DNA from: Planctopirus limnophila DSM 3776
Lineage (GTDB): Bacteria; Planctomycetota; Planctomycetia; Planctomycetales; Planctomycetaceae
Assembly (NCBI RefSeq): GCF_000092105.1
Contig: NC_014148.1
Location: 4,860,001-4,892,000, forward strand
Reading direction: 5' to 3'
DNA: 32,000 bases
Each line of letters begins with the position of its first letter. The stretch's first letter is position 1. Position numbers and translations under genes: made by a program. The notes under the pieces are model-generated. The model saw nothing but the letters and a program-made list of their open reading frames with translations. It was not told where the DNA came from and did no database searches. Shown piece after piece: positions 8,252 to 18,346 of the stretch.

Positions 8252-9193
8252 ATGAATGAGATCATTACGGCTCTGATCATCGTGGGAGTGATCTTCCTCG
8301 CGATCATTGGCATTATTCTCTTCATCGCCCTGGCTTCGTACTTCAATCTGTGGTTGCGGGCCTCCTTTGCCGGTGTGCGGATCAATCCTTTTTCGCTGCT
8401 CTTCATGTCGCTGCGAAAGATCAATCCGCCGCAGATTGTCGATGCACTCATCATGTCCACCCAGTCGGGAATTTCCGGCATCACACGCTCCAAACTCGAA
8501 GCTCACATGCTGGCGGGCGGGAATATCAATACCGTTGTCCGCGCGTTGATTGTGGCTCACCGGGCGAATATTGACCTCGACTGGGATACCGCATCGGCGA
8601 TTGATCTCGCGGGCCGCAATGTGTTGGAAGCTGTTCGTACAAGTGTCGATCCCAAGGTGATTGATTGCCCCGATCCGGCTCACTTCGGACGCACCACACT
8701 CGATGGCGTCGCTCGCAACGGCATTCAGCTCAAAGCCAAAGCCCGCGTCACTGTGCGAACCAACATTTCCCAACTGGTCGGTGGTGCGACTGAAGACACG
8801 GTGATTGCCCGCGTGGGTGAAGGGATCGTCTCGGCGATTGGTTCGTGCCAGACCCATTACGATGTCCTCTCGAATCCTTCACTGATCGCCAAGGCTGTGC
8901 TGGATAAGGGGCTCGATTCCCAGACCGCTTATGAGATCGTCTCGATCGACATTGCCGACATCGACGTGGGTGACAACATTGGTGCCCGGCTCCAGGCCGA
9001 TCAGGCAGAAGCTGATAAGCGAATCGCCCGTGCCAAAGCCGAGGAGCGTCGAGCTCGGGCCGTTGCTGCCGAACAGGAAATGCGGGCCCTTACAGTCGAA
9101 AACCAGGCGAAAGTGGTGCTGGCCGAAGCCCAGATTCCACTGGCCATGGCAGCCGCCTATCGCAATGGTTCACTCCGTGCAAATCCAAAGTAG
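8252..9193 (+). CDS. floA: Flotillin-like protein FloA (UPF0365 / YqfA family, SPFH-related)
   Basis: Close resemblance, from memory, to Bacillus FloA along its length: N-terminal [98 protein letters not shown] prefer the ATG at 8252 to the track start at 8192. Confidence 0.9.
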   Translation: MNEIITALIIVGVIFLAIIGIILFIALASYFNLWLRASFAGVRINPFSLLFMSLRKINPPQIVDALIMSTQSGISGITRSKLEAHMLAGGNINTVVRALIVAHRANIDLDWDTASAIDLAGRNVLEAVRTSVDPKVIDCPDPAHFGRTTLDGVARNGIQLKAKARVTVRTNISQLVGGATEDTVIARVGEGIVSAIGSCQTHYDVLSNPSLIAKAVLDKGLDSQTAYEIVSIDIADIDVGDNIGARLQADQAEADKRIARAKAEERRARAVAAEQEMRALTVENQAKVVLAEAQIPLAMAAAYRNGSLRANPK

Positions 9194-9242
9194 TGCGGCT
9201 ATATCATCCTGCAGGTGATCCATCACCCGCTTGACAGCAACC

Positions 9243-9274
9243 GTGTTGTATTTCACCAGTGTTGTAAATCACCA
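9243..9274 (+). repeat. Tandem 16-nt direct repeat GTGTTGTA(TT/AA)TCACCA x2, about 30 nt upstream of speA
   Basis: 9243-9258 and 9259-9274 differ at 2 positions, and a partial third unit GTGA follows. The consensus hexamer TTGACA at 9231-9236 and the palindrome GGTGAT-CC-ATCACC at 9214-9227 lie just upstream. Confidence 0.7.
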
Positions 9275-9302
9275 GTGACTCCTCAGCGATAGAGCAACCT
9301 CC

Positions 9303-11213
9303 ATGTCCATGGACGAAGAACAACTGCAGGTTGTGCAGAACGTTTACGGAGTCGAAAACTGGTCAGCGGGATACTTCGATATCAATTCGAAGGGCCATCT
9401 GATTGCGAGGCCCGCCGCCGATGATCCACGATCGCTCGATCTGTTCGAGCTGGTCAATTCCCTGCGCGATGAACGGAAGTTGCACACTCCACTGCTCCTG
9501 CGATTCCCGCAGATTCTCACCAATCAGCTTAAAAAGCTGGCCACATCTTACATTCAGGCCATCGAAGAATACGGCTACCAGGGCCGACACTTTCCGGTCT
9601 TCCCGATGAAGGTGAATCCTCGTCGGGAAGTTGTCGAAGAGTTTCTCAAAGACTCAGCCCGCTTCAACGTGGGTCTGGAATGTGGTTCCAAGCCCGAACT
9701 TTATGCCGGCCTGGCTCAGGTGCAGCATCCCAATTCGCTGCTGATCTGTAATGGCTTTAAGGATGATTCGTTTATTCGCCTGGCCATGCTGGGGGTCGAA
9801 GCGGGCAAGAACGTCGTCATCGTGATTGAAAAGCTCAGCGAGTTGATCACCACGCTCAATCTGGCAGATGAAACCGGCGTCATGCCCATGATCGGACTGC
9901 GATCAAAACTGTATTCCCGCGGCTCTGGCAAATGGGCCTCTTCGGGTGGTGATTCCGCCAAGTTTGGTCTGACGACGTCTGAGCTGCTCGATTGTGTCCG
10001 GCTGCTTAAAGATCGTGGCCGACTGAGTTCACTCAAGCTCCTGCACTCGCACATCGGCTCACAGATCACGGAGATCAAACGCGTCAAAATGGCGATGAAG
10101 GAAGCCGCCCGCGTTTACGCCAAACTCCGGCAACTGGGCACTCCCATCGATACGATGGATATCGGTGGCGGCCTGGGTGTGGATTACGATGGCTCGAAGA
10201 CCCGCTTTGAATCCTCGATGAACTACACGGTTCAGGAGTTCGCGAACGATGTGGTCTATACGATCAAATCGGTCTGCGATGAAGAGAATGTGCCGCATCC
10301 ACATTTGGTGACCGAGAGCGGCCGCATGATGACGGCGTATCATGCCGTCCTGATTACCAGCATTCGCGATGAGATTGAAACTTTTGCCGATGATAAGCCC
10401 GAAGTGACTGTTGATGATGACGACCCGCAGGTGATTGTCGAACTGAAAGCGCTTTGCGACGGGATCAATCGCAAGAATTTCACTGAGTTTTATCACGACG
10501 CACTCGAGCACAAAGACGAACTGCACACGCAGTTCAATCTCGGGCTGATCAGTCTGGAAGACAGGGCCAAAGGGGAAGTCCTCTTCTGGGAAACGTGTGC
10601 GCGGGCATTGAAAGAAGCTGATGGCGTCAAATCGCCACCTGAAGAATTCGAAGACTTACGGCGTATTCTGGCTGCGAAGTACCTGTGTAATTTTTCGCTC
10701 TTTCGCTCGGTCCCTGATAGCTGGGCCATTGGGCAACTCTTCCCGATTATGCCCATTCATCGGCTCGACGAACCTTTGACCGATTTTGCGACACTTGTGG
10801 ATGTCACCTGCGATTCGGATGGGCGGATTGACAAATTTGTCGATCTGAAAGATGTGCGGGAAGTTCTTGAGCTTCACAAATGGAAGCCGGAAGAGCCGTA
10901 TTATCTGGGGATTTTTCTAGTGGGTGCCTATCAGGAAGTGATGGGAAGTTTCCACAATCTGTTCGGGCTTCCCAATGAGGCGCATGTGGTGATGGATGCC
11001 GAAGGAAGGTGGCACATTACCAAGCTGATTCAGGGGAGCAAGCTGGGAGAGATGGTGGCCTTTGCCCGTTACGACCGGGCACAGCTGCTGGCCAATTACA
11101 AGCAGCAGCTCGAGATTCGCAGGCAGGCTGGCAACCTTTCCGAAGAACGCCTGGATCAACTGGCTCTGGCTTATGAGGCCATGATTTCTGATACCACTTA
11201 TCTTTCACGTTGA
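9303..11213 (+). CDS. speA: Biosynthetic arginine decarboxylase
   Basis: 636 aa. The N-terminus YGVENWSAGYFDINSKGHL, the PLP-fold motifs FPMKVN, HSHIGSQ and DIGGGLGVDYDG, and the overall length are typical of SpeA. Confidence 0.95.
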   Translation: MSMDEEQLQVVQNVYGVENWSAGYFDINSKGHLIARPAADDPRSLDLFELVNSLRDERKLHTPLLLRFPQILTNQLKKLATSYIQAIEEYGYQGRHFPVFPMKVNPRREVVEEFLKDSARFNVGLECGSKPELYAGLAQVQHPNSLLICNGFKDDSFIRLAMLGVEAGKNVVIVIEKLSELITTLNLADETGVMPMIGLRSKLYSRGSGKWASSGGDSAKFGLTTSELLDCVRLLKDRGRLSSLKLLHSHIGSQITEIKRVKMAMKEAARVYAKLRQLGTPIDTMDIGGGLGVDYDGSKTRFESSMNYTVQEFANDVVYTIKSVCDEENVPHPHLVTESGRMMTAYHAVLITSIRDEIETFADDKPEVTVDDDDPQVIVELKALCDGINRKNFTEFYHDALEHKDELHTQFNLGLISLEDRAKGEVLFWETCARALKEADGVKSPPEEFEDLRRILAAKYLCNFSLFRSVPDSWAIGQLFPIMPIHRLDEPLTDFATLVDVTCDSDGRIDKFVDLKDVREVLELHKWKPEEPYYLGIFLVGAYQEVMGSFHNLFGLPNEAHVVMDAEGRWHITKLIQGSKLGEMVAFARYDRAQLLANYKQQLEIRRQAGNLSEERLDQLALAYEAMISDTTYLSR

Positions 11214-11409
11214 GAAATTTCCTCGTGGCTCGATGAAAGATTTCTCGGCGGCCAGTTCCTCAGCTTCATTCGAAGTGATGAGTCCTCAGGAAGCATGAAA
11301 GTCATCCTCATTCGACCCGCGTGAACTCAGTCGCCCCAGAGACTACAATCGCACACAGATGAGGACATTCTTCATCCTGCGGATTTGTCTATCGATCAAG
11401 TGACCTTCC

Positions 11410-12249
11410 ATGAATCATCCAGCCCCACAGCGAGATCTTCCTCCACCTTCAGCCATTCTCCGCGAAGGCTGGCACTGCCTGCACATCTACTATCAGGTCA
11501 ATCAGGCCCATTATGCCCGTCTGACAGACAGCCAGCGGGCGAGCGGCCGCGAAGAACTTTTAGAACTGCTCCGGCCCGATGCCCCTGAGGCTCCTGTCCG
11601 TTTACAGACGTCTGTCGTGGCGGGGCATCGGGCTGATCTTTCGCTCATGCTGATGGATGCCGACCCCTTCAAAATTGAACGGCTGCGGCAGAAGATCCGG
11701 GCCAGTACCTTGGGTGTCGCACTCGATCCAACTTACTCATTCGTCTCGATTACCGAGGTTTCAGAGTACGTTCCCACCGTCGAGCAGTTCGCTGAACGAC
11801 TGATTCGTGAAGGTGGCAATCCCGAAGAACCAGCTTTTCAGGCCCGGGTGAATGGGTATCGCCAGCGACTCCCGATGATGAATCAGCAGCGTCTCTGCCC
11901 GGATTTCCCCGCCTGGCCCGTGATGTGTTTTTACCCGATGAATAAGGCCCGGCTTCCACTCGCCAACTGGTACGAAGAGCCTTTCAGTGTGCGCAGTGCC
12001 TTGATGGCCGAACATGCCACCAGTGGCATTGCTTTCGCAGGGAAAGTCTCGCAGCTCATCACCGCTTCCACTGGACTCGATGACTGGGAGTGGGGTGTCA
12101 CTCTCTGGGGACGAACTCCGGAATATCTCAAGGAGATTGTTTACACCATGCGGTTTGACCATGCCTCGGCTCACTATGCCGAGTTTGGACCATTTTATAC
12201 GAGCTACATTCTCGACCCGAAAGACGCACTCGATCATATCCGCCTGTAA
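11410..12249 (+). CDS. hemQ: Chlorite dismutase family protein, HemQ/ChdC-like (coproheme decarboxylase type)
   Basis: Family motifs CFYPMNKARLPLANWY, RSALMAEHATSG, GLDDWEWGVTLW, VYTMRFDHASAHYAEFGPF. Confidence 0.85.
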   Translation: MNHPAPQRDLPPPSAILREGWHCLHIYYQVNQAHYARLTDSQRASGREELLELLRPDAPEAPVRLQTSVVAGHRADLSLMLMDADPFKIERLRQKIRASTLGVALDPTYSFVSITEVSEYVPTVEQFAERLIREGGNPEEPAFQARVNGYRQRLPMMNQQRLCPDFPAWPVMCFYPMNKARLPLANWYEEPFSVRSALMAEHATSGIAFAGKVSQLITASTGLDDWEWGVTLWGRTPEYLKEIVYTMRFDHASAHYAEFGPFYTSYILDPKDALDHIRL

Positions 12250-12257
12250 CGATTCTG

Positions 12258-12294
12258 CGGGTTGTTTGCCGCCACTTGAAGGCAGCAAACCCCG
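12258..12294 (+). terminator. Imperfect GC-rich hairpin after the hemQ stop; possible terminator
   Basis: TTTGCCGCC (12265-12273) / GGCAGCAAA (12281-12289) with one mismatch, extended by GGG/CCC. There is no clean T-tract. Confidence 0.35.
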
Positions 12295-12455
12295 AGACAA
12301 GTACAGAGTTCTGTTCACTTTTGAGTAAACAGGGAGTTTCCGTCTTGCGAACGCTCCACAGGTGGCGGGAGAATCCTGACGGACGCACGGTCGTTATTGG
12401 TCGTGCAATTTTTGACGTTGAGATATTCAATCTCCTTTCACGCAGGTGGTAATCC

Positions 12456-13397
12456 GTGGCTGCGACAGTACTCGTCACTGGTGGTGCAGGTTTTGTGGGA
12501 AGTCATATTTGTGACCGTCTCATTGAGCGAGGCGACAAAGTCATCTGCCTCGACAACTTTTTCACAGGCCGCATGGCCAATATTTCTCACCTGAAAGATC
12601 ATCCGCAGTTTCAACTGGTGGATCACGATATTGTCCATCCGATCACACTTGATGCCGATCGCATTTACAACATGGCTTGCCCTGCTTCGCCAGTGGCTTA
12701 TCAGTACAACCCCATCAAGACGATCAAGACCTCGACATTGGGGATGATCAACATGCTGGGTCTGGCCAAGCGCTGCAAAGCCCGCATCCTGCAGGCCAGC
12801 ACTTCGGAAGTTTATGGCGACCCGGTGGTACATCCTCAAACCGAAGATTACTGGGGGCATGTCAATCCGTTAGGGCCACGCAGTTGCTATGACGAAGGGA
12901 AGCGCGTTGCTGAATCGCTGTGCATGAACTATCACCTGGCTCATCAGCTCGAGATTCGCATTGTCCGCATCTTTAACACTTACGGCCCGCGGATGGATCC
13001 CAACGACGGGCGGGTGATTTCGAACTTTATCACACAAGCTCTCAAAGGGGAGCCACTCACTGTCTATGGTGATGGCAGCCAGACCCGTTCCTTCTGCTAT
13101 GTCGATGATCTCGTGCGCGGCATCATGGCACTGATGGATCAGGGGATTCATACTGGCCCGGTGAATATCGGAAATCCAGGGGAATATACCATGCTCGAAC
13201 TCGCAGAGCAGGTTCTCAAAGCCACAGGTTCAAAGAGCACCATCGACTTCCGCCCCCTGCCTCAAGATGACCCGAAACAGCGCTGCCCGGATATCACCCG
13301 CGCGAAAGCGATGCTGAAGTGGGAGCCGCAGATTCCACTGGCGGAAGGTCTTGAGAAGACCGTCCATTACTATCGACAGCAGCTGGGTATTGACTAG
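12456..13397 (+). CDS. UDP-glucuronate decarboxylase (UDP-xylose synthase), SDR family
   Basis: [13 protein letters not shown] Rossmann motif, [23 protein letters not shown] (YxxxK). Colinear with UXS-type enzymes. GTG start at 12456. Confidence 0.9.
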   Translation: MAATVLVTGGAGFVGSHICDRLIERGDKVICLDNFFTGRMANISHLKDHPQFQLVDHDIVHPITLDADRIYNMACPASPVAYQYNPIKTIKTSTLGMINMLGLAKRCKARILQASTSEVYGDPVVHPQTEDYWGHVNPLGPRSCYDEGKRVAESLCMNYHLAHQLEIRIVRIFNTYGPRMDPNDGRVISNFITQALKGEPLTVYGDGSQTRSFCYVDDLVRGIMALMDQGIHTGPVNIGNPGEYTMLELAEQVLKATGSKSTIDFRPLPQDDPKQRCPDITRAKAMLKWEPQIPLAEGLEKTVHYYRQQLGID

Positions 13398-13421
13398 TTT
13401 CGAACGTTTGGATTGATCAAC

Positions 13422-13739
13422 TCAAGCGACCTTTTCGGTACCTGCTGGAATGATTCCCAAAGCAGCGCAAATCGCATCCACCTGCACCGTAGACAATGGT
13501 CCCAGACCTTCCAGGAAGTCGTTTAGCTGTGCGGAAGTGATGTCTGCTGACTGACACAGCAGTTCCAGTGGGATCTCTCGATGTTCATGAATTTGCCGAC
13601 GTAACCATCCTGAATGTGTCAGCTCACCAGCAGCCTTCATCGCACGAACCAACCCGGCACTGTCTTTGACTCGACCAGCCTGAGCAGCTTGTTGTTTTGC
13701 CCGGAGTTCCTCCGGACTGATTTTGATTTCTTTCATCAT
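13422..13739 (-). CDS. XRE-type helix-turn-helix protein, HigA-like antitoxin candidate
   Basis: 105 aa. C-terminal HTH IPLELLCQSADITSAQLNDFLEG...LSTVQVDAICAALGI. The start forms an ATGA overlap with the upstream ORF's stop (13736-13739). Confidence 0.6.
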   Translation of the reverse strand: MMKEIKISPEELRAKQQAAQAGRVKDSAGLVRAMKAAGELTHSGWLRRQIHEHREIPLELLCQSADITSAQLNDFLEGLGPLSTVQVDAICAALGIIPAGTEKVA

Positions 13740-14080
13740 TCCTCCGTTGGCTCATAAGCGGTGACTGGCAAAACTGTCATGGTATCAATCATCTCGTAGA
13801 CACAAATCAACCACCGCAACAAGAATGGGCACGGATGCTTCGATCGCGAGACGTAGTACTCTTTTCGCCTTTTCGATTGTAATGATGTGACTAGCCAGGC
13901 TGGTGGACAGGTTTCGGAAATGCGTGTTCGCAATTTTTCAAGCGTACGGCGATAATGCAATCGACGCGCAAGTATGCGATACAACTTGAGCAGAGCATCT
14001 GAGAACCGGTTGTCACTCCCTTGAGTGATCTCAATTGTGATTGCCGATGATCTTGAACATTTTCTTCCGGGATCTTTCAT
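13736..14080 (-). CDS. Small basic protein, RelE/HigB-superfamily toxin candidate (start uncertain)
   Basis: Translationally coupled upstream of the HTH gene, which is the HigB-HigA order. The segment [22 protein letters not shown]...[21 protein letters not shown] loosely recalls the PPGNRLE-L-G-R-G-YS-R...W-ICF motif of plasmid-killer HigB proteins; this is a memory-based match. Track ORF is 13736..14146; in-frame ATGs lie at 14092 and 14080. Confidence 0.4.
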   Translation of the reverse strand: MKDPGRKCSRSSAITIEITQGSDNRFSDALLKLYRILARRLHYRRTLEKLRTRISETCPPAWLVTSLQSKRRKEYYVSRSKHPCPFLLRWLICVYEMIDTMTVLPVTAYEPTEE

Positions 14081-14810
14081 GTCCGTAGTCATCTCGCCGC
14101 AAACCCTCACGGAACTGGCACTCTTCGATACTCCCACGATCTGCAATGCGGTCGAGCTTTGGGATCTCCGGCCTCGTAATGAAGGCTACATGAATTCGTC
14201 CATCCGGGCCTGCTTTCCGGATCTTCCACCGATGGTCGGCTTTGCTCTCACCAGCACCTTCCGCAGCCAGAAGCCACCCCGTGGCGGAGATGCTTACGGC
14301 AGCATGGGTGCACAAGTTGAAGCCATGGCCAGTATTCCCGGCCCGCCCGTGATCGTTTTTCAGGATCTGGATGAGCCCGTCGCTTCGGCCACATTCGGCG
14401 AAGTGATGTGTACGACCTATCAAAGTTTTGGTGCCAAAGGCATCATCACCTCTGGTGCCGGTCGCGACCTCGATCAGGTCGCTCCCCTCAAGTTTCCCGC
14501 TTTTACCAGTGGCTCCATCGCTGCCCATGGGTATTGCCATATCCTCGCGATCAACGTCCCTGTCACAGTGGGTGGCATCACCATCTATCCCGGCGATCTG
14601 CTTCATGGCGACCGCAATGGAGTGAGTACCATACCGCCGGAAATCGCGAGCGAAGTTCCCGATGTCTGCCGTGAACTTGCGAAAGCCGAAGCCATTGTCC
14701 TCGGTTACCTCAAAGATCCATCTCGAACAGTCGCAGGCTTTAACGATGCTCGCAAAGCCTGTGCGGCTCATATTGCTGAGGTCAGGTCACGATTGCTTAA
14801 AACTCATTAA
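14079..14810 (+). CDS. RraA family protein (RraA / HMG-aldolase-like fold)
   Basis: [65 protein letters not shown] prefer the ATG at 14079 to the GTG at 14025. Confidence 0.8.
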   Translation: MSVVISPQTLTELALFDTPTICNAVELWDLRPRNEGYMNSSIRACFPDLPPMVGFALTSTFRSQKPPRGGDAYGSMGAQVEAMASIPGPPVIVFQDLDEPVASATFGEVMCTTYQSFGAKGIITSGAGRDLDQVAPLKFPAFTSGSIAAHGYCHILAINVPVTVGGITIYPGDLLHGDRNGVSTIPPEIASEVPDVCRELAKAEAIVLGYLKDPSRTVAGFNDARKACAAHIAEVRSRLLKTH

Positions 14811-14812
14811 GT

Positions 14813-15964
14813 CTATTGAGCAGCCTGATCCCGTAAGCGCTGCACAGTGCGGGCAATGATGGAAACCGCACTCATGATTTCCTCGCGCGTGGTGAATCGC
14901 CCGAGGCTCAATCGAATCGAGCACTTGGCAAGCTCTGGCTGCACCCCCATGGCCAGCAGGATGGGGGAAGGCTCCATCGAACCACTGGCACAGGTGCTGC
15001 CAGCCGAACAGGCGATACCAGCCAGATCGAGATTCACCAGCAAAGCCTCTGCTGGCACATTTTCGAAGGCAACTTGAATGGTATTGGGCAGGCGGCTTGA
15101 AGCCTCGATTCCAAACACATGAGCCGGGGCAGAACTATCGAGAAGATGATCCTCCAGCAGTTTCCTCAACTCGATCATGCGCTGATATGCGGAACTTCCT
15201 TCCCGGGCAAACAATTCCAGGGCTTTCGCCATTCCCGCAACCAGTGGTGTGAACTCTGTCCCCGCCCGGCGATCTCGTTCCTGGTGCCCGCCCGTGAGCA
15301 GTGGTGTTAACCGCGCTGCTGGCGAAAGGAGCAAACCCCCAATTCCGCGCGGGCCATGAAACTTATGACTGGCAAAACTGATGGCGGTCGCACCGGTCTT
15401 TCGAAACGACACCTCTTCCAGTGGCATTTTGCCAATCATCTGCACGGCATCTAGATGCAATGGAATGTTTCGATCGCGGCAGGCATGGCTCCATGGATCA
15501 ATCGGTTGAATCACACCAGTTTCATTATGCCCCCAGAGAATCGTCACCAGTCGGACATCATCCCAGGGAATCTCGCACTGGTCGGGTGTTCTCAACTCAC
15601 CTTGAGAATTGACAGGAATTTCGAGCAGCTTGTGACCTTGCACCATGGCCAGCCAGCGGCAGGTTTCTACGGTGGCAGGATGTTCTCCCGAGCCCATCAC
15701 AATGACGCCGGGCCGGGTTCCCACGAGACCTCGCAGCGCCAGATTGATTGATTCCGTTCCTCCTGATGTGAAGATCAATTCCTCAGGAGCGGCGCCGAGC
15801 AGGCTCGAAATCGATTCCCGACTGTCATCCAGAACTCGTCTGGCACGTCGGCCCATGGCATGGCGCGAACCCGGATTGGCCCAGGCTTCCTGCTGACAGT
15901 TCGAAACCACTTCAACCACCTCAGGGAGTGGTTTCGTCGTGGCATTATGGTCGAGATAAATCAT
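14813..15964 (-). CDS. Cysteine desulfurase, NifS/IscS class (PLP-dependent)
   Basis: MIYLDHNATT start (ATG 15964; the track's GTG is at 16015). PLP-lysine motif SFASHKFHGPRGIGGLL. Active-site loop CSAGSTCASGS. Confidence 0.9.
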   Translation of the reverse strand: MIYLDHNATTKPLPEVVEVVSNCQQEAWANPGSRHAMGRRARRVLDDSRESISSLLGAAPEELIFTSGGTESINLALRGLVGTRPGVIVMGSGEHPATVETCRWLAMVQGHKLLEIPVNSQGELRTPDQCEIPWDDVRLVTILWGHNETGVIQPIDPWSHACRDRNIPLHLDAVQMIGKMPLEEVSFRKTGATAISFASHKFHGPRGIGGLLLSPAARLTPLLTGGHQERDRRAGTEFTPLVAGMAKALELFAREGSSAYQRMIELRKLLEDHLLDSSAPAHVFGIEASSRLPNTIQVAFENVPAEALLVNLDLAGIACSAGSTCASGSMEPSPILLAMGVQPELAKCSIRLSLGRFTTREEIMSAVSIIARTVQRLRDQAAQ

Positions 15965-16086
15965 GCCTTGATCATTACCATTGCCAACTCGCTTGTCGAA
16001 GCTATTCGTCGCCACCTCGTTCTAGCCCAGGTTTTGAGAGAACAAGGTCTCAAGAATCTGGCGAGATTAAACATTGTCGAAAGAGA

Positions 16087-16989
16087 TCACTTCTGCAGGT
16101 TCGCTTTGAAAAAGGCAGTCACTCTCTGGGGCGTGTCATTTTCCCGGACATCGTGCTGCTTTCCCTTGGCAATATGATAGGTCACATCGCCACCATTGGC
16201 TTTGAGTGCGTTCACCAGAAGCTCACTATGTTTGATGGGAACGATGTTGTCGCGATCGCCATGCACAATCAGAAAAGCGGGAAGCTGATCTTTTTGGATA
16301 TAACTCAGCGGATTGGCGGCCTTCACTTTGGCAGCATTGTTCTGAATCGGTCCGCCGATCAGCCTTCCCAGAGTGTCATCGGCCTTCGATTGACCATAGA
16401 GCGAAAGATCGGTCGGCCCGCAGAAATCAATCACTACTTGCACGTTACTTTTACTTTCAAGATTTGCACCCACATCAAAGATCGAATCGGCCCCGGTGGT
16501 TCCTACCAGACTGGCGAGGTGACCGCCGGCGGATTGACCCCAGACACCGACACGCTCGGGATTGTAGCCGAACCTGGGGGCCTGCTTTTTCAACCAGCGA
16601 ATGGCAGCCTTGCAGTCCTGAATCTGTGCCGGAAAGGGAGCATCCGTCGAAAGCCGGTAGCCAATACTCGCTACTGCAAACCCTTCATTCACGAGAAAAC
16701 GCGCTGGTGAATAGTCATGATTTCCACTTTCCCAGCCGCCACCATGAATCCAGATCACGAGTGGCCAGTTCTTTCCGGTCGCTGGCAGGTAGACGTGCAG
16801 TCGTTGCCTCTGATGGCCATTTTCGACATAGGCCACATTTCGGGCTGCGGGTGTCTCTGGCCCAGTCTGTGCCGCAGCAACACCGCTGGAGACAATCACG
16901 CCTGTCAGCACCAGGCAAAGAGTCGTCAACGCATGGAGGGGGTGCAGCAGATCAACCGAATCGCAATTCCGTCCGAGCCCTGTTGGCAT
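16087..16989 (-). CDS. Secreted or anchored alpha/beta hydrolase (esterase/lipase type)
   Basis: Oxyanion motif VIWIHGGGW. Nucleophile elbow GQSAGGH. C-terminal HGDRD and QHD. N-terminal hydrophobic segment. I prefer the ATG at 16989 to the TTG at 17043. Confidence 0.85.
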   Translation of the reverse strand: MPTGLGRNCDSVDLLHPLHALTTLCLVLTGVIVSSGVAAAQTGPETPAARNVAYVENGHQRQRLHVYLPATGKNWPLVIWIHGGGWESGNHDYSPARFLVNEGFAVASIGYRLSTDAPFPAQIQDCKAAIRWLKKQAPRFGYNPERVGVWGQSAGGHLASLVGTTGADSIFDVGANLESKSNVQVVIDFCGPTDLSLYGQSKADDTLGRLIGGPIQNNAAKVKAANPLSYIQKDQLPAFLIVHGDRDNIVPIKHSELLVNALKANGGDVTYHIAKGKQHDVRENDTPQRVTAFFKANLQK

Positions 16990-17408
16990 CTGTTTGTCCT
17001 GCAATGAAATGTGAATTTCCACGGGAAGTAGCGATCTGATCAACCTCGTAAGTTATCCAGTAAACAACAGCACGTTGTGACCTGCGAAGGCATGCCTGCC
17101 CAGAGCCGCAAGCATGGCACATTGCATACATCACATCGAACGCTGTCAGGTCATAGAAAACGTATCAGGGATTGCCCGCGATGGCCTCGATTTTGACATC
17201 TCCTCCACACGACGAGCAAGCCCCTGCTTTCGCGACTGATCCCCTGTCTGGTTCAGATACCTGCCACAACGAACCTCGCTCAATAGATCTCGCAGATTCG
17301 TCCAGAAGACTTTTCACACTCAATTCTTGAGGTCAGGCCTCAAATGGGCCATAGTGAGATGCTGCCGTGATCAGAGTCATTGTTGGTTTTCTGAGAGGGA
17401 TGGTCATC

Positions 17409-18182
17409 ATGAAGTTGTCTTGCTGGGGCACGAATCGACCCCGTTTTGTCAGAGTTGCCATGATCAGTTGTGCCGTGCTGGTCGCCGGTGCGGGAATCGT
17501 GAGTTCTGGCGAATGGGTGAGCGGGATTCGCTGGGCTGAGCCTGTTGTCGTGACACCTGGCACAAATCCCGGCGATCCCCCCTGCGATGCCCTGGTGTTG
17601 TTTGATGGCAAAAGTCTTGATCAGTTTCAGGGTGGCGAGAAGTGGGTCATTGAAAATGGCTATGCCATTGCTAAGGGTGGGGGGATTTCATCGAAAGAGA
17701 GTTTTGGTGACTGCCAGCTCCACATTGAATGGGCCACTCCCGAAAAGGTCGAAGGCAAAGGCCAGGGGCGAGGCAACAGCGGTGTCTATCTGATGGGTCA
17801 GTACGAGATTCAGATTCTCGACTCGTTCGAAAATCCGACTTACTTCGATGGTCAGGCCGGTTCGCTCTATAAGACCAAGCCACCTCTGGTCAATGCCTCC
17901 CGCAAACCCGGCGAGTGGCAAAGTTACGACATCATTTTCAATGCGCCCCGATTCAGTGCTGAAGGGGCTCTGCTTAAACCCGGGTATGTGACCGTTCTTC
18001 ACAATGGTGTCTTGATTCAGAACCACACGGAAATTCTCGGCATGACCGCCTGGGATTCTCCCCCCAAGTACAAGGCCCATCCACCGGAGGCTCCTTTCCA
18101 ATTACAGTTTCATGGCAATCCTGTCCGGTTCCGCAACATCTGGATTCGTGAGATTCCCGAGATTGCAGCCGAGCGGCCTTAA
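17409..18182 (+). CDS. DUF1080 (3-keto-disaccharide hydrolase-like) domain protein with signal/anchor
   Basis: LFDGKSLDQF, EW...GNSGVYL, YEIQILDS, GEWQSYDIIF, LHNGVLIQNH, and a C-terminal FRNIWIREI. A GAGAGGGA Shine-Dalgarno-like sequence precedes the ATG at 17409. Confidence 0.85.
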   Translation: MKLSCWGTNRPRFVRVAMISCAVLVAGAGIVSSGEWVSGIRWAEPVVVTPGTNPGDPPCDALVLFDGKSLDQFQGGEKWVIENGYAIAKGGGISSKESFGDCQLHIEWATPEKVEGKGQGRGNSGVYLMGQYEIQILDSFENPTYFDGQAGSLYKTKPPLVNASRKPGEWQSYDIIFNAPRFSAEGALLKPGYVTVLHNGVLIQNHTEILGMTAWDSPPKYKAHPPEAPFQLQFHGNPVRFRNIWIREIPEIAAERP

Positions 18183-18346
18183 CGACTTACGACCAGCCAA
18201 CAGAGTACAGACCGTTACAGATCAGAACTGACTGGTGTGTGGCTGATTTTGCACGGATGGCAGTAGCGGCCACGCGAGCAACCGATTAGCGTACTGAACA
18301 TGATATGACTCGCCCGTGAGGGAGCGCTTTCAAGCCTCCGGGCGAG

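Noticed and set aside
11212-11246. GAGAAAT-N21-ATTTCTC inverted repeat overlapping the speA stop codon
   Set aside because: Only 7 bp of AT-rich stem with a 21-nt loop and no T-tract. This is too weak to call a terminator.
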